Shown one piece after another: positions 1 to 12,060 of a stretch of DNA of 64,000 nucleotides. The translations under genes and the position numbers were made by a program. Each line of letters begins with the position of its first letter. The first letter of the stretch is position 1. The stretch is from NCBI GenBank assembly GCA_024704765.1, contig JAKMXF010000343.1, positions 310,001 through 374,000 of the forward strand, written 5' to 3'. This DNA is from Oopsacas minuta (lineage: Eukaryota > Animalia > Porifera). Below the pieces are notes generated by a model. It was not told where the DNA came from. It saw only the letters and a list, made by a program, of their open reading frames with translations, and made no database searches.

Positions 1-3000
1 TCAACACAGTAGGAAATATAAAGTCACTAGACTTATCTCACAATCAGCTGACTACAATTGAACATGTAACTCACCTGAGACAGATCCGATCACTCAGATT
101 AGATCACAATCAAATACAGGTGTTACCCTCTAGTTTACAGAATCTTAAACAACTACTAACTCTAACTGCAGCTAAGAATTATATTAATAAAATTAATGGG
201 TAAGATAATGTTTATCGATTTTCCATATATGTTCATATTTTCACACCTTTTCAGTGACAACTTTCTGATAGTTTTAATAATTCTCATTCGATATTATAGG
301 CTTCAAAATCTATCAATTAAACATCTCGACCTCCATGGCAACCAGATCAAGCGTGTGGAATCCCTCGAGGGTACACGCTACTTACAACACCTAGATCTAT
401 CTGAGAACTCCATCCAGTCTCTGAGAGGTTTACAGGGACATTCCTGCCTAGAAGAACTGTTGCTAAGCAACAATTCAGTATTAGATATAACAGAAATAAA
501 ATACATTATGGATCTCCGAGCTCTTAGAGAACTTAACTTAAAAGATAATCCAATACAAACACTAGCTGGATATAGAGCTAGTGTGGTGTTTAAGCTGAAT
601 CAGATTAGTTTATTGGATGAAGAAGTTGTTACACCAAAGGAAAAGGTCTGTAATACAGTCACCTCTCGTTACATCAAACACAAATGTATCGAGATACCCG
701 CTTATATCGATGTATGAAATTGTACAAATATAGTCCCAAACCGTCAAAGTTACATATATTCCATCAGTTAAGTAATTTTACAGCGACATGACGTCACTGT
801 TATTTGTCGTTGTACTAGTTTTCAAGGCTTTCCTCGACCTTTTTGGGGTAATTATCAGAAGTTACCAAATTCTACATAAGAAATATTTTATTACTTGATT
901 TCTAATTGTTCGAAATACAAAATTTCAAATTAACATTTGTTAAATTCTAATACTCCATAGACTGTGCTTGTTCCTCACAAGCTGTAACCAATTCCTTTCT
1001 AATCCTCTCGGAATGAAACTTTGCTCTCTCAAACATTTCAACTTTTCGTTCCCCCTCCAATCCAGCTCCTACAGAACTCATATAACTAATCCCACCTTTC
1101 TCAAGCGAACAAACAATTATACTTCCGGAACTCAACTTTTCCTCTTCTGTATTTGGGTCTATAATGACGTAATTCTCGCGAAACATCGCAGCTGTAACAC
1201 ACACTGGAATCTCACGTAGCACTAGCTCATGCTTAGTAACTGAATTGACAATAGGAATGTCCTCATCCTCATCTACAGTTACATGAGGTAATCGCGTGTT
1301 CTTCAGAGCTCCTACTAACGCTAACAGACAAGCATCTAATGCATTACCATCATTGTTACATATAATTATATCACAGAATAATACCCAACTCAATTTCTTA
1401 TGTTCAATACCCAAACTTTTTAAATCAAGCATTTTAGAGTTTGAGACCATTTCCTGTATGATTTGACTGATTGTGTAAGCCTCGTCGTCGTTTGTGTATT
1501 TCGTCAGTCCCTTGCTGATACCAGGGATATCAACGTTTATAACCAAATATCCATGGTTCGGTTTCAAAATAGGAGGGTTAGTTAGTTGTGCTCTTACCCC
1601 ACAGATCACGGTTGTTTTTCCTATTTTTAAAACAGCTGATCCATCAGCTGTTGATATGCTACCGATGCCAATGTTAAGATATCTGTACTCGTTAAGCTTT
1701 CTACCGTCTGGTCGTATTTCATGATCTAGAAATCTCTGGTAGTACTCATCCGGTTGACAGGATAGGAAATTTTCTGCCATATTATAGCTGTTCAATAGAA
1801 ACTGATATTACAGAATACTTCTTATAAAATTTAAAATTAGTAAAATATTTACTGAAAGAAGGTTTAAAGCAAAATAGTATCAATAATTGTATTTGCTTTA
1901 ATGGAAGTTTATTGGGAGAAAACTTGGTAATTGGCACATTTTGAAAGATTCTCACTCCAAGTTTTGTATTTCATTTTTATGAAGGATTACATAATCAGCA
2001 ATTCACAACCCTTTTCTACAGCTAATTAAACGCTAGCGCAATGATTTATCGCATTTTACTCTATTTCCTTTTACTAATTATATCTGTGTTTAGGTTAATG
2101 CAAAGAATGCACATGATCCTCCATTACAAGTACAAGCCAGTATACAACATATCAATAACTTGACCCTATCTGTACCCTTAGCTCATAAGATACTATATAG
2201 TACTCTATCTAATAATGACGAGCCGTATCCTATGTTGGTGAGTTAGTGTTAAGTGTATGGCAGGTGGGACGTGTAATATTAGTTTGTATATATGTATGTA
2301 CATTGTACAGATATTATACTCCAAAAGTGTGAAAATTCCGGTTTTTGTCAATTTCGGTGGGATGACATCAAAAAACGAGACGTCCAGTCAAAAATAGGCC
2401 ATAGGCAACACATTTGAATTATCCAGTTATCGCGAACATACCGGATATAACCACCATCCTCTAGAAAATGTTTACATCAATTCCGATATAATTCCTATTC
2501 CCCAAGAGTGTTCTTATAACCGGCATCCACTGTACAGTCTATTATACATACCCATTATATCTATTAGGTGCTTGTTGGTCCTATGGGATCAGGAAAGAAG
2601 CAGCTAGCCCTGAGACTAGCTGCAGAATACCCGTATATATTCGGGTATGTACCCTCACACACAACTAGAGCAATATACCCACATGAAGAGAGGAACAGAG
2701 AGTATGTATTCTGTTCTGAGAAAGAATGGGAGACTCAGTTTAGTGCTGGAATGTTCATAGAACATTACAGAGGACTTGTAAGTTATATATTTATTATAGA
2801 TAACGATCAATTCGGGAACATACCATTTCAAAGAGACTTTGTCATTTGAACTATGACAGAAATGTCATTGTGAAATTCTTACATATTTGTCTACTCCAGT
2901 AATATCGAATTACCCACTTATATCGTAATATGAAATTGTATGGATATTGTCCCAAATCGTTAAAGTAATTTCAATTTCTCGGTTATATCGCGGCAATTAT

Positions 3001-6000
3001 GGCAGTCCCTTGAGCTCCGATATAAAGAGAGTTTCCTATGCCATTATATTCAATTCATAACCAATAGTTACCATATTGTAATTATAATCCATAGTCCAGT
3101 GCACAATAACAAAATATCACTGAAATACAGCTAAAGACTCCCACATCTGTCTAACCTCTACCTCCATACTACCATCATACATCATACAATCTGCTCTATA
3201 ACCAGCTACACCCCTATAACCACCTCTACTTATAGTCTGTGTCTTAATGCTTAAACTCTGTCCATTGTCAAACCAATATTCTCCCGTGAGATTCGTGCCA
3301 GGAAGCTCTATACTTAAATAAGGAGATTGTGATATTGAATCCCAATTGTATTGAGTTAGACCTGTGTTAATGTATTTATTGATGACGTCACCGTAACACA
3401 TTTGTTCTGTCAGTTCTTCTTTACACTTGTCAAGTACACATCTGCCATCAGAGGTCATATTTTGACAGGTGAGGAAATATCCGTACCAGGGTAGACTAGC
3501 TACCAGATGGTCTATAGGGACACCAGCTTGAAAGTACTCCGTCAGGCCTAGAATGATATCAAAATGTAAATTTTGATTTGTTCTGCCAATATACAAATTG
3601 GAGAACCCGAGGTTAGCAAATACAATCTTGTGAAATTTATATAAATAACCAACTCACTTGACATAATCTTATAAATAGGAGCATTAGGTGCTGGATAACA
3701 AGGAGGCCCTGCTATTACACTAGACATATCATGCTCTCTAACCATAAAATAATCTACGTATTTTGATAGCTCTTTATAAATATCCCTCTCATCTGAATCA
3801 AGATACCAACTCACGCTGTAACTCAGTTCATAAGACGAACTCGCGGTTTTTAACACTGTATATAACTCCTTTACGAATTGTATTAATAAGGAATGTTTCT
3901 TAAGAGGAGCGTATTCCTGATAATTAACATTAATCCCATCTAGGTTTTGTTTCTTAATATTTGCAACCTGTTCTAATATCCACTTATCTTGAACAGTCTT
4001 TTCGTATATGACGTCACTTGTTATTTTAACATGATAATGTACTTGTACATTATTCACGTGTGCTAGGCAAATTAAATCAGGGTCGATCTGTTTAGAAGTT
4101 ACGATAATTTCGGTTATGAGGGAGAGATCGTATTTATGCCAGTCGGCATTCGCCGCGGAGTAGACTGCGATTATTTTGTTACCTTTCCTTCCTAAAGGTT
4201 GACAAAGTGTTTTATTATGACATAGACATTTGGCATTATAGGAATTGTGATTGAAGCTGATAGGCCAAGCATCTAGCGTGAATATACAAGCAAAAATGAG
4301 AAATATTTGAATATTCATTTTACGAATTAACTTAACAACTGTTACTCCAATTTTATACTAACCAGATACTTCCTTTTAATTGTTATAATGTGTAGTTAGT
4401 TCCTGAGGTTACCCGCTTAATTAGAATATAATTAAGATCTGATTTATAACAATAAGAGGATATTCAGGATTATAACGGAGGATATATGTTGAATTGTTTG
4501 GATTAATTAAACTCCCAATTACAAAAGTGTTAGTAAATGTCGACTACCGTTATATCAGTGTTCGATGTAACGGTAGTGACTGTATTTATGTTCACTACGC
4601 AACATTAGACTAATGATATAATTACAAAAAGTAATAGTCACTAACATTAATAATTTTGTATAATACAATCATACAGCTAATTTATATTATTGCTAGTTTC
4701 TATAAAAACTATTAACAACCTGATTTATAAGGTGTGAAAATACAAATTTTGCGATTAAAATCACATACAAACATCCTAATCCACCTTCAACACCAGTAGG
4801 CATAGCGAGTAATAACAGAATAACAGATGGTAACTTTAGTAAATATACGCTAGTGAGTATTGGAGTGTTCCTATAGACTACTATGAGTGAAAAATATGTA
4901 GTGTAAGTTATTACAGTGAAAGTGATAGGGAATAGTATAGGTATTCCGTAAGTGATGTAGTAAGAGAGTGAGATATCCTTTTCTTCTAACTCAAGCTGTA
5001 TTATCTTTCTATAGATAAAACATATAATACGTATTTGTACAGTCTACTCCAGTTATATCGAAGTTCAACTGGCCACCATAATTTCTTCGATAACAGAATC
5101 ACCGATGTTAATTTGACGGTTTGTGACCATATTTGTACAATTTTAAGCTTCGATATCAGCGAGTATTTCGAAATATCCGTGTTTGATGTAGCGGGAGTTG
5201 ACTGTATTTGAAATACCAATTTACTTTTTGATCAAATGCGGATATATCCATGGTGCAAATTCACAGTTAAATAATGTGATCAGTGCTACATTATCAAAAT
5301 GCAGTCTATTCCTGTTATATCAAACACGGATATTTCGAAATACCCGCTAATATCGAAGCTTAAAATTGTACAAATATGGTCACAAACCGTCAAAGTAACA
5401 TAATTAAATCTGGTATATAGAACTCTCGAAGTAATTATAGCTGTCCATTGAGCTCTGATATAACAGGAGTTGGCTGTATTTACCGATCTAATTTGGCAAT
5501 CTTTGGGAACTGATCTACGCTATGATAATTCCTCTTCTCAATCTCCAACTCTCTGATTTTATTCTGAATTTCTACAACTTTTCTGTAGTCACTACCGCCA
5601 AATATTCTCTGTAGAACATTAGTTATTCTGTTCATATGCAGTTTTATCTCCTCAAGTATTAGAATACTCAAGCATATAACTAACATCTGACTGTAGTTAA
5701 CTTCTATTAGAATTGTCATATCTAAATTATACAAAATATTTAAGTTAGTGTCAGCAGATAGTTTTTATCCAAAATTCATTATTGGCTGTTTAGACTTTAA
5801 GCATTATTTTATGAATTAATTAGTGTGTTTATACGTAAACAAAAATTACGCCATCAACTTGTTTGTTGTGATAGTAATTAATTTTAGAGTAATATATATA
5901 TATATATGTAAAAATTGGAGAAATAGCTCATCAGTTATTGTGTTAGAAATATTTGTAAATATTTGTATTTCTAGGCAGGTGGAGGAAAATACGGCCTGTC

Positions 6001-9000
6001 TATCAACACCATAGAGTCTATAGCAGCTCACGGACTAGCTAGCATTACATGCATGGAGTATGAGGGGGTATTAGTATTAAAGAGAACTCATTTTGAACCT
6101 CGTTATGTCCTGATACTACCTTACACTGAAAGAGATCATTGCAGCTATATGAAGGCTGCTAAGTTCTATACTGAAGTACAGATACAGCAATCTATTAACA
6201 GGTGGAGGTTCATTCATGTGAATCAACGGTCCTCTACCTGGGGTTCATTGGCCTATTGATGGTCCACGAACGACAGCCAATGGGTCCACAGGATCTCAAA
6301 ATGTGTATGCAGTCCATGGGAGGGTCAATATACTGTTATGAATTGGTATAGGAATTCTACGAGTAAAATGATTCTATGTTATACGAAACACAGGAAAATA
6401 CGTCAAATTTGCCCTCAATGCTTCTCCAAAGAGAATAAATACGAATACGAAAAAGTTGATTATTTCGACAACCCGTTCATGTTCATAATAACGAAAGCAT
6501 ATACAAGTATGCCGTACTCCTCCTGGGGTAATATTTAGCGAATTTTCGCATATGTAGAAAAAGTATTGTCGATTATATGAATAGAGCTCTGTCGAAGAAT
6601 TTCTGAATATGTCTGAATAGAAAGTAATAACAGCTTCTTAGCCATCTTACTATTGCTATACAAAACTTGCTTTTTCTTCAAGCAAAAGTGTTGAAACTAT
6701 TTCTCCACATCCACTTATTTAACACATATTATTTTCAGTACCGAATTGTTCAGTTCATTTGGCTAGTATGTATTTTTGTGAAACTAACCTTTATTGAAAG
6801 TTAAAGTGAAATATTTATGATTACTTCCATAAACTAGATACTCGGAATAGAATATTATATTATTGAAAGTAAAATAAGAGTGTGATTAATATTTTGATCA
6901 TAAGGTCATGTAGAGTATATACTTATTTCACTTTGCCTGCAGAAGGATTCATTTGGATTTTTCCAAATTCATGGATAGTTCTTTGGTGGCATATTGTGTA
7001 ATCCACATTTTACTACTTGTATAGTTTTCAATTATTTTAATGTACAGAGCGCGATAAGATAATCGAAGGGTCAAAAATTTTTTACATATTAACTGCTGTC
7101 CCAGTTTTCGAAGAATTCCGGATGAGAAACAAATTCATGGCCTAAAGGTATATTGTATATTTGATAAGGTGACGATGAGGAGTAGTAAATTGTTTGGAAT
7201 GCCAAGCTAGTTTGTAACAAATGGATAAATTCTTGAATCAGATGGCGGAATTTTTCGGTTACCACCATCTCCCAATTTTATAATTTTGTAATAGGAGAAA
7301 GATTTATAAGAATGTGAATCAAGACAGTCCTGGGTTCTTTGACATGATAATCAGCTGTTCCAGTATAGAAGAGAGTTATCAACAACTCAAACAACTAATT
7401 ATAGCTTACTGTGGACTCAGTACACAGACTTCTGAAGCAGGTTAATGTTAAATCTCCCCCTAATAAGTAAATACAAATCATTATAATAATTTCCTGGGAT
7501 TTTCCCAAAATACCCTCGATTTCCAAGTCTCACATTCATCAATAGCAATTCCAGGCTATTATTTGGGAAACACATATCAAAAATACCCGCTCATATCGTA
7601 ATCTTAAATTGCACAAATATGGCCCCCAAACCGTCAAAGTACATGAAAACCCATCTCTTATACCGAAGTAATTATCGCAATCTTTTGAACTTCGAAATAA
7701 CTGGAATTGACTGTATTTAGAATTATTATCAGTGAAATATAATATGAACTTATAATAAGCATTATTAATATATTTATCAACTTATAAGAATTACAATTTT
7801 CCGTCTACAATATCTGTTATGAAGATACACTTGTTTAACAAATTTCGGAATGAGTTTGGTGATTTGTGTATCTCCGTAGCTGTAGAAATTATATTAAATA
7901 TATATGGTTTTACAAGAAACCCAGGAAAATAATTACCAATTCAATATATGTAACTTTTAATATTACTGGAGTTGACTATGTTTAATATGAAATATGTTAT
8001 CACAATCTGTTCAAAGTATTCCCATTAGCTTATTATTACAACACACTACTATGTGGACAGAAATATTAGAGATTTTAGCTGGCTTTTTCGCATGCTACTG
8101 TATATTCTTCCTATACATCTGGATACGTAGTCGTATATGTAAGCGTATGATGCTATTAGATCGTCATATTGTTATAACAGGAGGTTCTGCAGGTATTGGA
8201 CTAGAATTAGCTAAGAAATCGTATTCGAAAGGTTGTTCTGTTACTATTATAGCAAGAGATCAGGGTAGGATAGACAAAGCTCTGGTAGAAATTGAGAAAT
8301 GTAAGGGAATACAGGCTATGGACAGAATATCAACATTCCGCGAGCCGTATAAACAAACTCTAAATGCATACTCCGTAGACCTATCTACACAACTTGATTG
8401 CACAGAGCTTATAGCTAAAATTGAAGAGAATGGTGGACCAATAGATGTACTTATAAATAACGCTGGGTTTGCGTATGTAGCTCCGTTTGAAACATCAGAT
8501 CTGAGTGAATTCAGACTAATGATGGATACAAATTATTTCCCAGGGGTGTATCTATCTCAAGCTGTAGTCCCCAGTATGAAAGATAGGAAATCCGGTAGAA
8601 TCGTATTCGTATCTTCACAAGCTAGTCAAGCTGGTATATACGGGTATACTGGTTATGCAGCAACTAAATGTGCTATAAACGGATTCGCACAAGTATTGCA
8701 GTCTGAATTGAAACCGTTTAATATACGAGTTTGCATATCATTTCCTCCAGATACAGATACACCGGGATTCGCGAAAGAAAATGAAATAAAGCCTGAGTTA
8801 ACGAAAATACTCTCTGAAACAGGAAGTGTGTTTAAACCGCAGAAAATCGCGGAAGATATTCTCAAAGGTATCGATTTCGGCCGGTTTTATATTTATCACG
8901 GTTTTGACGGGTTTTTCCTTGCAATGTTAAACAGTGGGATGTCTCCTGTACACAGTTTGTTAGAGGGGGTGAGACAAGTCGCACTGTTGAGTTTATTCAG

Positions 9001-9980
9001 ATTCATATCATTCTTCTATCTACTCGGATTTGATAGAACTATTGCAAGGAAACTAATGGAGAAAGAAAAGAATGATTAAATCATTTTTGGATTTGAATAG
9101 TAGAATTTTGTTATAAAAATTTGTATTTATCCTTTACTTTAAAATATTTTCTTTGCCAAGGATTATAGGTAATATAATACAGTGTCAACTCCATAAACGG
9201 AGTGCCAGAGAAGCCGAAAATTGGTATTATGGAATGATGATAAATCAGAAAGCTGTACTAATTATTGAAATTAAATTTTAGGATTTTCATCAGGAGTCAG
9301 TAGTTCAGAGAATTCAATATCCAGTACTCCAGAGCCTAGACTGTATGGAGATATTCCTACACACACAATGCGCAGCTCTACTTCTCATACAAAACATTCT
9401 GATACGGGTGATATAAACATTTTCTATAATTCTACACAAACAATTCACTTCTTACAACTTTCACATATGGCCATAGATGAAATAGAACTTTCTTAAATAA
9501 TTGCGTATCAAAATGATCATTAAATGATGTTAAAATTACTTTTGCATTATTTTTCACAAGTTGATACTGCCACGATAGAATCTGTCTGTGTTTGATTACA
9601 TGTTGCATAGCGTATATGGTAACCATGGTAACATAAGCCACTAGACAAAGGTATGTATTTATGAATTTATCGGATAAAATACTGTAGTTCTAGAGTGGGC
9701 AAATTTAAAATATGATATCAAATTTTTGAAGTGAAATATTTCTATAGGTGGGAGTTCTCAACCAGTTCTAGCTAGACCATGGTCTCGTCCTACATCTTCT
9801 AAGAATTCAAACCGAGAAGATATCAGTTTTTTTACAGTATCAGTAAGGTATGGAGGTTCTGAGATAAGTGCTTCTAACTTCTCAGAAATGTTACCTAATA
9901 AGATGGCTATGATGCGAGCTGCTGCTTCTGGGAAGCAGGAATCTTCCTCTTTCGTTTCTCTAAGCACAAAGTCCAGGAAG
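1..9980 (+). CDS. LRGUK: Leucine-rich repeat and guanylate kinase domain protein, 5'-partial, multi-exon host gene. Exons approx. <1-199, 300-645, 2094-2237, 2568-2777, 5975-6201, 7295-7440, 9282-9407, 9748-9980; terminal exon uncertain (possibly ~10450-10490)
   Basis: LRR repeats (LDLSHNQL, LDLHGNQI, LDLSENSI); HDPPLQV...PYPML-VLVGPMGSGKKQLA (P-loop); YGLSINTIESIA..GLA, FEPRYVLILP and PGFFDMII..YQQLKQLI match remembered LRGUK motifs. All GT-AG junctions are phase-compatible. The last two exons are supported by phase continuity only. Confidence 0.85.
947..1795 (-). CDS. EXOSC8: Exosome complex component RRP43 (RNase PH family), intronless, nested in LRGUK intron 646-2093
   Basis: IRPDGRKLNEYR, ISTADGSAVLKIGKTTVICGV, WVLFCDIIICNNDGNALDACLLALVGALKNTRLP and IIDPNTEEE motifs; complete ORF. 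Confidence 0.9.
   Translation of the reverse strand: MNSYNMAENFLSCQPDEYYQRFLDHEIRPDGRKLNEYRYLNIGIGSISTADGSAVLKIGKTTVICGVRAQLTNPPILKPNHGYLVINVDIPGISKGLTKYTNDDEAYTISQIIQEMVSNSKMLDLKSLGIEHKKLSWVLFCDIIICNNDGNALDACLLALVGALKNTRLPHVTVDEDEDIPIVNSVTKHELVLREIPVCVTAAMFRENYVIIDPNTEEEKLSSGSIIVCSLEKGGISYMSSVGAGLEGERKVEMFERAKFHSERIRKELVTACEEQAQSMEY
3117..4318 (-). CDS. CTBS: Di-N-acetylchitobiase-like GH18 protein with signal peptide and degenerate catalytic motif; exons 4318-3658 and 3547-3117; nested in LRGUK intron 2778-5974
   Basis: Signal peptide, CLCHNKTLCQP, WHKYDLSLIT, DLICLAH, LDGINVNYQE, LVASLPWYGY, WFDNGQSLSIK. Phase-1 GT-AG intron 3548-3657 joins the two track ORFs. Confidence 0.75.
4693..5719 (-). 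CDS. GET1: Tail-anchored protein insertion receptor GET1/WRB; exons 5719-5484 and 5008-4693; nested in LRGUK intron
   Basis: Coiled coil ending SVDQFPKIAKLDRR, then hydrophobic exon with YRNTPIL and AMPTGVEGGLGCLYVILIAKFV (WRB-like PTxVxGGxG). Phase-2 intron 5009-5483 contains two MITEs. Confidence 0.75.
5040..5476. mobile_element. Two family-A MITEs (5040-5204, 5302-5476) in the GET1 intron; Tc1/mariner-pogo-like
   Basis: Termini CAGTC(A/T)ACTCC..TTATATCGAA / GATATAAC.GGAGTTG(A/G)CTG, mostly TA-flanked, with shared core AAATTGTACAAATATGGTC(C/A)CAAACCGTCAAA. Confidence 0.8.
7994..9079 (+). CDS. KDSR: 3-ketodihydrosphingosine reductase (SDR), intronless, nested on the same strand in LRGUK intron 7441-9281; real start may be the second Met (MWTEIL)
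   Basis: HIVITGGSAGIG, VLINNAG, GRIVFVSSQA, YTGYAATK (YxxxK) and SFPPDTDTPGFAKENEIKP; N- and C-terminal hydrophobic segments. Confidence 0.9.
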   Translation: MLSQSVQSIPISLLLQHTTMWTEILEILAGFFACYCIFFLYIWIRSRICKRMMLLDRHIVITGGSAGIGLELAKKSYSKGCSVTIIARDQGRIDKALVEIEKCKGIQAMDRISTFREPYKQTLNAYSVDLSTQLDCTELIAKIEENGGPIDVLINNAGFAYVAPFETSDLSEFRLMMDTNYFPGVYLSQAVVPSMKDRKSGRIVFVSSQASQAGIYGYTGYAATKCAINGFAQVLQSELKPFNIRVCISFPPDTDTPGFAKENEIKPELTKILSETGSVFKPQKIAEDILKGIDFGRFYIYHGFDGFFLAMLNSGMSPVHSLLEGVRQVALLSLFRFISFFYLLGFDRTIARKLMEKEKND

Positions 9981-10040
9981 GTATACATTGCTACTGATTC
10001 GATTCTGCTTATTTGGATCAAATATCATATGACCCAATTA

Positions 10041-10175
10041 CAGTCAATTCCCGTTATATCGAAGTCTGAAATTATACAAATATGGTCGCAAACCATCAAA
10101 GCAATATAAATTATATCGGTTACATCAAAGTAATTATCATGGTCCCTTGAGTTTTGATATAACGGGAATTAACTG
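10041..10175. mobile_element. Family-A MITE; further copies at about 653-770, 2890-3040, 7575-7715, 10740-10905, 21910-22070, 24607-24785, 25225-25365, 61780-61945
   Basis: TA-CAGTCAATTCCCGTTATATC ... GATATAACGGGAATTAACTG-TA with the same core. Confidence 0.8.
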
Positions 10176-12060
10176 TAGTTGCATATTTGCTATAACTTGC
10201 AACCATTCTAGGATTCGACTTATATTCTAGGGGGAAAATTGAATATTTTTGGCTTTTTCTCATAAAGAGGGAAAATCATATAATTTGAAATTCAGGTATT
10301 TGGAGAATAATATCATGTAAACAGTTACGATGGGTTGTTAAGTATGAAATTGAATTATACGAATAATTAAACTTTCTATTAAATTTTGAATTATTGTTTA
10401 TTCATACAATTGTTTGCATATACAAAATTTATCTTTGATCATCTTTATAGAGTTCCAACGCATCTCACTCAGTACCTTCAATGGCATAAGTCACTTCTAT
10501 CGATACCTAGTGTATACAATTACTCCTGTACTTTGTTATTTAATTATTGTGTAACTCTTATACAAATCACTTTATTTATTTCGTATGTCTGTATTACTTT
10601 TGTAATCTTCGAAATACAAGTGAGCTTATAGAGCATAAGACTCAAATTCAGAGGACTTAACCGAGGCATTTGGAATCCATCAGTGTAAATGCTGATGGGC
10701 TATATTGATGAGTACAGTAGAAGCTCTATAAGTAGGGAAGTTTGGGACGGCGAATCTTATGATAAGCTCCGATTCCTCATTATTGTACAAATATGGTCCC
10801 AAACCGTAACTCGATAATTACTTCTATATAGTGGACGTAACTCCACTTACATTGAAGTAATTATCGCAGTCCTCTCTGAGCTTCGGTATAACGGGGAGTT
10901 GACTGTATTCTAAATTTGAATTAAGGCGCTCTTAGTCAATTCTAGTAATATATATTAATTGAGAAGTGGTGCTGGGTATAATTTATTGAATCATCTGTAT
11001 GTACATATGCGTAAAGTTATCTAACACAACACATTATCACATATGCATCATGGTCGAATCTTTGGTGTAAAGTTTATATACAATCAGTATCAGGCTTGTC
11101 AGCAAATCATGACCCGGCCCAAGCCTGATCAGTATGTTTATGGTATTAAACTGATGCGAAAATTTTCATTATTTATATTCTTAGTAATTTATTTATTATG
11201 ATTTCAATAAGTATACAATTTTGCTCTAAATTTTACAAACAGCATTACAGTTGACATCCGTTGTTTTATCGAAACCTCAGCTTGTGAGGAAATCCAAATA
11301 CATTCGAGATAGCGGATGGAGTGATAATTTCTGTACTACAAATAATCATATTTTTCGCTTGATTCGATAAAAACAAATGTTCAAACGAATTATTACACGC
11401 GAGAAATCTGTCAATTTGTTCTTATAAACGATATACGTATTTATTGATTTAGATCATTTGGCTGAAAAGAAACCTTTTCTGACACAACGTATTTCCACTG
11501 AAAATATCTAATATTTGCATTTGATATACTTTCTATTATACGTACACATTTCATCATCTGGAAAAGAATCTTATAAACTTTCATTGTGGATAGTATACTC
11601 CTAAGTGGCCGTTATTAAGCAATATCCTATTGAAAAAAATTGGTTAGATATGATATTTTACAGGACAACTCGGTTAAACTTATTTCCTCCAAAAGGGATT
11701 TTCAAATTATCGAATAAGACGTACTAATTATAGTTTCCCGAGGTGTTACGTTTTATCCGAGTTCTAATGTATATCTTCATTTCAGGAGGTATATTCTGGA
11801 AAATCTGCTGGGCGCTACCCGTCCGCATGGACATAAGGCCACCCTACGTGATACAAAATCTGTATTATATTATATAATAAGAATTTTACTTAATTCCTAC
11901 AGTCGATGATGAATCAAAATTACACTCACATTCCTATCAGCTAACTTACAAGAAATTAAACCTCAACTTGAAACTGATACATAAATGGTAATGATACAAT
12001 TACAATATACAGCTCTATAAATAGGTGAATTAAATATATTTTACAACATCAACAACTAGA

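Noticed and set aside
6330-6800. Possible MULE transposase remnant or fifth nested gene (HIIDNTF fragment on - strand)
   Set aside because: Short, stop-interrupted and only vaguely similar; not supportable by eye.
11785-11990. Possible upstream coding exons of the MyD88-like gene
   Set aside because: Splice-like signals are present, but joined frames hit stops; more likely 5' UTR exons.
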